A DNA stretch of 64,000 bases from Octopus vulgaris. Taxonomy: Eukaryota. Under the pieces are notes generated by a model. That model was not told where the DNA came from, did no database searches, and was given only the letters and a program-made list of their open reading frames with translations. Shown here one piece after another: positions 1-9,408 of this stretch (its first letter is position 1; every line of letters starts with the position of its first letter). Made by a program: the position numbers and the translations under genes. The DNA lies in assembly GCA_951406725.2 (NCBI GenBank), contig OX597816.1, forward strand, positions 71,424,001-71,488,000, in the 5' to 3' direction.

Positions 1-2470
1 TTGACTGGCTTCTCTGCCGGTGGCACATAAAAAGCACCAACCGATCGTGGCCGTTGCCAGCCTCCCCTACACTCACGGAGTGGTTGGTTTTAGGAAGAGC
101 ATCCAGCTGTAGAAACACTGCCAGATCAGACTGGAGCCTGGTGCAACCTTCTGACTTCCCAGATTCCGGTTGAACCATCCAACCCATGCTAGCATAGAAA
201 ACGGATGTTAAACGATGATGATGATGATGATACTACAGCCAATCATTAATCATAAGTGAGTGAAATTTAGTAACATGAATTATCATCATCATCATCGTTT
301 AACATCCACTTTCCATGCTGCCATGGGCTGGACGGTTTGACTGAGGGCTGGCAAGCCAGAAGGCTGCACCGGACTCCAATCTGATCTGGCAAAGTTTCTA
401 CAGCTGGATGCCTTTCCTAATGCCAACCACTCTGAGAGTGTAGTGGGTGCTTTTTACATGCCACTGACATGAGGGCCAGCTAGGTGGTACTGGCATCGTT
501 TTTCTAATTCTTTTAGGGGTCTATGTAGTCACAAACAGAAATAGATACCTTCTTAGCTCCTTAACCTGCCCTTAATCCTGCAGCACATCAAGGATGTGGC
601 AGTTGGAGGGAGAGCGAGTGCATCAGTACATAGTTGGTACTCATTCACATCTGAGCATATTGTAGCAATATGAAGTGAAGTACCTTGCTCAATGATACAA
701 TCAATTGTCTAGTGCAAGAATTGAACTCATGACATTATGGATCATGAGTCAAATTCCCTATCTACTAAGCTATGTGCCTTAACCAGAGAATGATATTAAA
801 TATAAGCACCAACTTAATCTTTTAATTTTGAATGATTAATTCAGAAGTGGAAGCAAAGTGGCCAAAATTCTTTCCGGGGTTTCCAGTGTTGCTGGGAGTG
901 GGAAAGGAAGCCTGGTCTAAATATTTGCAACATCAGGAACACAGCTAAAGGCACCAAAGGATCAGGTAGGGATGTTAAACTAACATCCTGTGAACCCTTT
1001 GTGAATGATTTTTATCTAATGATGAATTAGATAATAGAATTCCAGTTAGGCATCCAATTTTTCTCAGAACTTTGTCACTCTAGAAGGCATCCAGCAGTAG
1101 AAACTATGCTGAAGCAGATACTGGAGTGTTATGTGATCCTTAGACCCATCGCGTCCTGTCAAACTGTTTAACTCGTGCCAGGACAGGACAAGAACACTAA
1201 ATGATGATGAAGTCATTTCTCCAGAGGTTTAACTCATTAACAATCAGAAGCACAATAAAATATGTAATCACTATTACTCTTACAAGTAGTAGTAGTAGTA
1301 GTAGTAGTAGGGGAAGTGGTGGTAGTAGTACTAGTTGTGGTGGTTTTCATTGCAATAGTCACTATACCATCATTGAGCATCGGTGCCAGAAACATTGAAC
1401 ATCGAAAACATCATCAAAAAGTTTACAGTAGTAGTAGTAGTAGCAGCAGCAGTAGTAGTAGTAGTTGTAGTAGTAGTAGTAAGTATAGACCTCTATCAGC
1501 ATCTTTTAGACAGCAGTTCACTTATTGGCAGTGAAGTTTACTGGTAACGTGTAGTTAGTCACGTGCACAAAGACCCAATTTTTGAGCACTCGTAAGGTGT
1601 AAAGTTGCATAGATGAATAAGAAAAAGAAGAAAAAAAAGGGGGGGAAAGAAAAGCAACCCCCACCACCCAAAGAAAGCGACAAGATACTGTTTTGTTACG
1701 GAAGTAGGTGACTAAATGGTGTAGTCTTTTTGACTGTAGCTATGTTAGTAGTGTCAAAGTTAAATTGGTTCATTTTACCTATTAAACAGAAATAGGAAGA
1801 AAAAACATAAAAATCAAAATCTTCCTTCTAACGTATTGATCTTTCAAACTGATATTGATTTTAACTGCCATAGATGACTCACATATCAAATTCAAAACAC
1901 AAAAATAAAACTGAAGCTGTAACTGTTTCTGAAAGCACATGAAATTATTCTTAGATAGAAACAAGAGCCGGCAGTCAACTGGGGGTAAATCTAGAGTTAA
2001 AGTTTTTGTGTATACAGATATAAACAAAACTAGGATTAATGGAACTAAGCAAAGATTCTGAAGATGATAGTTGAATGGAAGTGTTTGGTAAAGTGTTCTC
2101 ATTCTGCTATTGATGGTTGCTTCATGCTGTGACTGGTAATGGTAAATCTGCCAAATTAGGTAACCTAGCTGGAAATAGGAACTACTTGTTCAATAGCTGA
2201 GTGGTTGCAGTTAAAGAACAGAGAAATTCAAATGGGAAATACATCTTCCACTAATTCTATGCAAAAAAAAAAAAGCAGGAATTTTCAGAGAAAGTAGCTG
2301 ATATATGTATATATGTTTGTGTGTGTGTGTGTGTGCAGACATATATTTATATCAATTTCAAAACTGGAAATGTATGTTTACTAAATACATTTGTTTAAAG
2401 AATGTTTCTTTTAATGTTCAGAGAGTGATCTTCTGTGGATATGACTGCACAGCCATCAGACATACACACA

Positions 2471-2554
<84 letters not shown>

Positions 2555-2564
2555 CATACATAAA

Positions 2565-2602
<38 letters not shown>

Positions 2603-3002
2603 TAGAGAGAGTAGATAGAGAGAGAAAGAGAGAGGGAGAGATAGCATGATCATTGCCAGCATTGCCTGACTGGCTCCTGTGCTGGTAGTACATAAAATAC
2701 ACCATTCCAGCGTGGTCGTTGCCAGGGCCACTGAACTGGCTCTTGTGCTGGTGGCACGTAAAACACCATTTGAGCATGGATGATGCCAGTACCGCTTGAC
2801 TGGCTCTCATGTCGGTGGCACATAAAAAGCACCCACTACACTCTCGGAGTGGTTGGCATTAGGAAGGGCATCCAGCTATAGAAACATTGCCAAATCAGAT
2901 TGGAGCCTGGTGCAGCCTTCTGGCTCACCAGCTCTCAGTCAAACTGTCCAACTCATGCCAGCATGGAAAGCAGATGCTAAACGATGATGATGATGATGAT
3001 GA

Positions 3003-3135
3003 TAGGCACAGGCTGTGTGATAAGCTTGCTGTCCAACCATATGGTTCCAGGTTTGGGCAAGTGTTCTCTACTATAGCCTTAGGCTGACCAAAGCCTTGTG
3101 AGTGGATTTTGTAGACATAAACTGAAAGAAACCAG

Positions 3136-3210
<75 letters not shown>

Positions 3211-4062
3211 TAAAATCGTTTTTAAGAAATAAACATAAATTCAGAGAAGCATACTCTAAGTAGAGCAGTCTGTATTAATTACTGGTGAAGGTCGGTTTAT
3301 AGGGTTACCCTGGGTTTCTCACCATCAAGGATACCTTTATGGCATATCTTCAGACCCTAAGACCAATATATGCATGAGTGTGTGTGTGTGTGTGTGCATG
3401 CGCACGTGTGTGTATCTATGTGTATGTGTGTCTTTGTGTGTGTGTTTGTTCTCCATCACCATTTGACAAGCGATACTGGTGTGTTTACATCCCCATAACT
3501 TAGTGGTTTGGCAAAAGGGACCGATAGATTAAGTACTAGGCTTAAAATAAAAAAGTCCTGAGGTGGGGGTTCAATTTGTTCAACTAAAATGTTTCACGGC
3601 AGTGCTCCAGCATGGCTGCAGTGAAATGACTGAAACAAGTAAAAAATTTTTAAATATATATGTTCTTTTATTTGTTTTAGTCATTTGACTGCAGCCATGC
3701 TGGAGCACTGCCTTAAAGGATGTTTTTAGTTAAAGAAATTGACCCTGGGACTTATTCTTTGTAAGGCTAGTACTTATTCTATCGGTTTCATTTGCCAAAC
3801 TGCTAAGTAACGGGTATGTAAACACATCAACATTGGGTGTCAAGTGACGGTGGGGGATAAACACAGACACAAACACACACACACACACACACACATATAT
3901 ACATGATGCGCTTCTTCCAGTTTCTGTCTACCAAACTCACTGACAAAGGCTTTGGTCAGCCCAAGGCTATAGTAGAAGACACTTGCCCAAGAAGCTATGG
4001 AGTGACACTGAACCCAGAACCACATGGTGGGGAAGCAAGCTTCTTACCACACACCCATGCCT
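3003..4062. mobile_element. Two family A SINEs, tail-to-tail: 3003-3645 (+, interrupted) and 3663-4062 (-)
   Basis: Both align to 10553-10957 in opposite orientations. Confidence 0.8.
3300..3359 (-). ncRNA. Type I hammerhead ribozyme motif (Penelope-like), intact core
   Basis: Minus strand TAGGGT-CTGAAGA-[stem II GCCAT.AAGG TAT CCTT.ATGGT]-GAAA-CCCAGGG-TA^ACCCTA; 6-bp stem I, near-palindromic stem III, GUA triplet. Confidence 0.75.
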
Positions 4063-4063
4063 A

Positions 4064-4247
4064 AGATCATTAGCCACTACACACATTTTTTTCTCTCCTT
4101 GTTTTTTTCTATGTCCCTTTCTGTAGAAGAGCATAGGCTCGAAACATAAAAGACTTTTTCTATTCCTGAGCGTTATACTAAAAATCTGTTTGTTTTGTAC
4201 ACCACCTGTCTTCGTCGTTTGTTTTTTTCGTAAACTCTCTCTCTCTC
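4064..4247 (+). mobile_element. Penelope-like pseudo-LTR fragment with minimal hammerhead-like motif (4117-4152)
   Basis: CTTT-CTGTAGA-A-GAGC ATAG GCTC-GAAA-CATA-AAAG; homologous copies on the minus strand at about 42090-42290 and 41595-41708. Confidence 0.6.
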
Positions 4248-4869
4248 TATATATATATGTATAGTGAGAATGAATTAGAAGTGGCTCTAATAATGGTAAT
4301 GTTACTGATGTTATATACTGAGGAAAAAATCCCTTTAAAACACTGGGTGTTAAAAAAACATATTGAATAGGGACTTTTCCTCTGACATACAGTTAATAAG
4401 TGTACAAACAGAAAATATACATTAAATATCATATGTGACTGTTATGACGTGCGTATACACATCTGGTGTAAAATGGTATTACACAAATAAATACTTGGTT
4501 GTGGCTATCTAAATATAACCTATCGCACAAATATATGTTAACACAGAATGCACTCTATACCATTCAAACATTGGTATGATACTCAGTATTCACTATAGAA
4601 CCTCTGAACTGTTAAACCAACACACATCATACTAACATGGTAAACCAATGCAGTTGAACTAACAGCCACCAACCACCCTCTGTTGACAGTTCACTCAGTT
4701 CTTTCGGATAGTCCACCTTTAGTCACAGGGGGGTGTTCAGGATTCCCCCATAACAGTGACACTGATAATGCTTATATTGTTAAAGCTGCTTCTAATTCAA
4801 AATTGAATTTTGTTTTACTTGTGTAGAGCTGTTGCACATCAGAAAATAAATTTTGTTCATGATTGAGAA

Positions 4870-5472
4870 GGCCTGGCAAGTAAAGTGAGATCACAGCCAT
4901 AGCCTATACCAGTGTTGTATAACCAGCTCATTTTAAAAGTACCCTTGAATCACCTGGCAATACGCTGCGCTTGAGAAGACCTATTGAGTCAAGTAGAATC
5001 AAAAGCAAATCAAGATCGAAATCAAAATGGAAATTGTAGTTGTGGCCGATGCCAGTGCCACTTCACTGGCACCCATGCCAGTGGCATGTAATAAGCACTG
5101 TTCAAGCGTGGGTCAATGCCAGTGCTACCTGATTGGCTTCCCATGCCAGTGGCATGTAAAAAGCACCATCCGAATGTGGTCGATGCCAGTCTCCCCACCA
5201 TCCCGACTGGCTTCCGTGCCGGTGGCACATAAAAAACACCATCTGAACATGATTGATGCCAGTGCCGCCTGATTGGATCCAGTGTCCTTGACACATAAAA
5301 AGCACCCACTACACTCTCAGAGTGGTTGGCGTTATGAAGGGCATCCAGCTGTAGAAACCTTGCCAGATCAGATTGGAGCCTGGAGCAGCCTACTGGCTTG
5401 CGAGTCCTCCAATCAAACTGTCCAACCCATGCCAGCATGGAAAACGGGCGTTAAACAATGATGATGATGATG
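4870..5472 (+). mobile_element. Retroposon family C ((GAT)n tail, internal ~60-65-bp module array)
   Basis: Constant 3' part ggttggcgttaggaagggcatccagctgtagaaac...ccaacccatgc...gttaaacgatgatgat; other plus copies at 1-230, 2645-3003, 54650-54950. Confidence 0.8.
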
Positions 5473-6525
5473 TCTCTACCTCAGACCAGAAAAGTAAATT
5501 TGTTTCAAAGTGACTCAGGTATACAGTGTTGTCAACCTGAACTGATAGCAAACTATCGATTTCCACTATTCTGATCCACCTAGTTGGTGATTTGTTTCAA
5601 CTGGTTTGAAGTATTCAGTGTTTTTTTTTTAACACTTGACATCTTAAAGGGCCTGTTGTCACGATGAATCCCATGACCAATAAACACGTAAATGAAACAC
5701 ATCCATTAAGTACTGTGACGTCAGTAATATTTATATATTCACACGTATATATATATATATATACACACACACATATGCACACATAATGAACATTGATTAA
5801 ATGTCTTCACGTTAGTATGAGTCACATGGAATTCATTCAGGGAGATTTCATACAACTGGACACTATTTCTGCCACTAACCCTCATCTGTTTCCAAGGAAG
5901 CTATTTTTTAGACGATGCCCCTTGTAGGAGAGAGACACTCACAACTATTGCATGATGTGAAGACAAGGAGACACACATGATATTTTTTGTGTGGCCCCTT
6001 TGGTCATGAATGACCATGGGATTGCACATAGAAACTTACCCTCTGATGCACAAGTCTGGGCAAGGTTGTTTATGGAAGACCAGTAGTCGCTCAAGCATAC
6101 CAGCCTTCCCTTGCTATGCCACCAGTGTTATCCAAGGGAAAGGCAAAAGGGCCGATACAGCTTGGCACCAGTGATGTCACAGCTCATTTATTAATGTGCA
6201 AGTGGTTGAGCACTCCACAAACACATGTACCCTTGATGTAGTTCTCGGGGAGATTCAGGGTGATACAGAGTGTGACAAGGCCGGTCCTTTGAAATACAGG
6301 TACAACAGAAACAGGAAGAAAGAGTGAGAGAATGTTGTGGTGGAAGAGTACAGCAGGGTTCGCCACCATTCCCTGCTGGAGCCTCATGGTGCTTTAGGCA
6401 TTTTTGCTCAATAAACACTCACAATGCTTGGTCTGGGAATCGAAACCTTGATCCTACAACTGCAAGTCCACTGCCCTAACCACTGAGCCATTGTCTCCAC
6501 AAATATAATGTATAATACATATGTA

Positions 6526-6586
<61 letters not shown>

Positions 6587-7702
6587 ACATATGGCTCATG
6601 ACCTAGTGGTTAGGCTGTTGCACTCTTAATCACTTGATTGTGGGTTCAATTCCCTGAATGGGCAGTGCATTGTGTTCTTGAGCAAAACACTTCATTTCCT
6701 GTTGATCCAGTACCCCCATTCGATCAGAGGGAATGTTGGCTCATTTGAAGGCTAAAACAATGCAAAAAGTGCATTGTGGCCAGCGATGTGTAACAACATC
6801 TGCTAGCTTGGTCAGTCATGTGATCACACATGCACATGACAAGTTTCTTTCAGTCACTCTACCAAATCCCATTCACAAGAACTTGGTTAACCTGAAGTTT
6901 ATAAAAGAAGGCTCTTACTCAAGATGCCATGAACCTGAAACCATGTGGGTGGAATGCAAACTTCTTAACCACACGGCCATATCATCATCATCATCGTTTA
7001 ACGTCTATTTTCCATGCTAGCACGGGTTGAACGATTCGACCGGGGTCTGGGAAGCCAGGAGGCTACACCAGGCTCCAGTCTGATCTGGCGGTGTTTCTAC
7101 AGCTGGATGCCCTTCCCAACGCCAACCACTCCGTGAGTGTAGTGGGTGCTTTTTACATGCCACCGGCACAGAAGCCAGTCAAGGCAGCACTGGCATCAGC
7201 CACGTTCAGATGGTGCTTTGTACGTGCTACCGGCACAGGTATCACAACTACGATTTCTATTTGATATTTATTTTGATGTTGATGAACTTGACTCAATAGG
7301 TTTTCCTCAAGCACAGCAGGTCATGTGCCACTGGCACAGAAGCCAGTCAAGGTGGCACTGGCACTGTTTGGATGGTTCTTTTTACATGCCACTGACACAG
7401 GTATCACAACTACAATTTCCATTTGATATTTATTTTGATGTTGATGTACTTGACTCAATAGGTCTCCTCAAGCACAGCAGGTCACCCTATATATACAGAC
7501 ATATAGAAACTGGGAAGTTAAATGGAACGTGTAAGACTTGTGGACATGTATTTGCATGTATTGTGTGTGTGGGAGTGCGTGCATTTATAGAGAGAGAGAG
7601 AGATAAATATACATATATTAATTTGTTCCAGATTAAAACTTTATTCTATTACAAAGACTCAAAATATTAACAGTATGGATGTAAGAATTTATGAAGTCTT
7701 GA

Positions 7703-8090
7703 TAGGTGCAGGCATGGCAGTGTGATAAGAAGCTTGCTTCCCAACCACATGGTTCCAGGTTCAGTCCCACTGCAGGGTATCTTGGGCAAATGTCTTCTAC
7801 TATAGTCTGAGGCTGACCAAAACCCTGTGAGTGGAATTTGTAGACGGAAACTAAAAGCCCATTGTGTGTGTGTGTGTCTTTGTGTCTGTGTTTGTCCCCC
7901 TCCCATCATTGCTTGACAACTGACGTTGGTTTGTCTACGTACCCACAACTTAGCAGTCTGGCAAAAGAGACTGATACAATAAGTACTAGGCTTACAACGA
8001 ATAAGACACGGGGTCAATTTCCTTGACTAAAACCCTTCAAGGCAGTGCTCCAGCATGGCTGCAGTCAAATGACTGAAACATGTAAAAGGA
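7703..8090 (+). mobile_element. SINE family A
   Basis: Aligns to 10553-10957. Confidence 0.85.
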
Positions 8091-8282
8091 TAAAGAAGAC
8101 AATAATCCCTAAATGGCCCGGAAAAAGTTCCTATATGTTCCCAAAGATTCTGAAAAATGGTAAAAAACACAGATGCATCCAATAAAAGGATAGAGAAGAC
8201 AATAATCCCTAAATGGCCCCGAAAAAGTTCCTATATGTTCCCAAAAATTCTGAAAAATGGTAAAAACACAGATGCATCCAAT
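8083..8282. repeat. 100-bp tandem duplication
   Basis: taaaaggata..gaagacaataatccctaaatggccc...gatgcatccaa present twice, nearly identical. Confidence 0.9.
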
Positions 8283-8319
8283 CCTTTAATAAACACTGAA
8301 AAATATAAATGTAACTCAC

Positions 8320-8377
8320 CACAAGGAAGACAGCTGCATATGAAGTTAAACATGCATTCATCGAAGGAAATGAAGTT
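8320..8377 (-). CDS. PLPPR: PLPPR-like coding exon 5 (degenerate C2 motif and TM4)
   Basis: Acceptor ctctctttccag|A, donor GTG|gtgagt; 58 nt; [20 protein letters not shown]. Confidence 0.9.
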
Positions 8378-9372
8378 CTGGAAAGAGAGGGGGAAAGAAT
8401 AAAAGATTTAAGTGAGGTTGGTTTCATTGTTATATTTGATGGCCAGCAGGAGCAGCATAACCACCATCTAACCATCTCTGTGATCAGAATTAGCAATGTT
8501 GCAGTACTTTATGCTGAATGGTTAAATGCCAGTATGGTTCCATGGAAATCTGAGCTGGCTCAACCAAATAATGAAGCTTCTATGATGTGATCTTTCCTCC
8601 ATGGTAGAAATGTAAAATGTTATGAATGCACTACATGAAAAAGCATTTCCTTTGAGATGGAATGGCTAAATGTTAGAAATGTTCCAGGAGGTGATTCTGC
8701 CGTCACACTTGAATGGTTTAGTGCTAGCAAGTTTCTGTATAACATGATTCTCTCTTCACAGTTGAATGACTAAATGATAGGGAGGTTTTATACATTATGA
8801 CTCTTTTCACAGTTGAATGGTCCAGTGCTAACAATGGTCTGTATAACGTGACTCTCCTTTCATGGTTCAATGATTAAGCATTAGCAAGGTTCTATATAAT
8901 ATGACTCTTTTCACAGTTGAATGGTTAAGTGCTAATGAGATACCATGACACAACTCATCATGTGGTTAAATGGCTAAGAGACCACAAGATACAAAACCAA
9001 AAAAGAATACACACATTTAACAGTTTAACATTTAAACAAACCATATCTGGATCAAATATTCTACCAGTTTTATGTTAAAACTGACCAGATCCAGCCTCTT
9101 ATACCTACCCTACAATGTCATTCTAAAAATAAACAATCATCAAAATTTCACAGCTACAAAATAATTCATGGTTACAGTTCTATATTTAAGAGATGAGGAA
9201 TTATGTACATTATTTACATTATTTAAATTTGACGAATATTTGTCCTCATCTTGTTTGTTGTTAACACAACATTTCGGCTGATATACCCTCCAGCCTTCAT
9301 CGGGTGTCTTGGAGAAATTTTGAACCTGGGTTCTCATTCCTAAGGTATTTTTTGATGTTATAATAATAATAA

Positions 9373-9408
<36 letters not shown>

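Noticed and set aside
1782-2168. Minus-strand open frame as PLPPR exon 6
   Set aside because: Has an acceptor-like site but no C3-like SRxxxxxHxxDV or TM5-TM6 pattern.
4621-4700. GWLVAVSS segment resembling TM6
   Set aside because: In-frame stop immediately upstream and no C3 motif.
8354-8359. A-to-I editing restoring the PSGH motif
   Set aside because: ATG AAT cannot become Gly-His by A-to-G changes alone.
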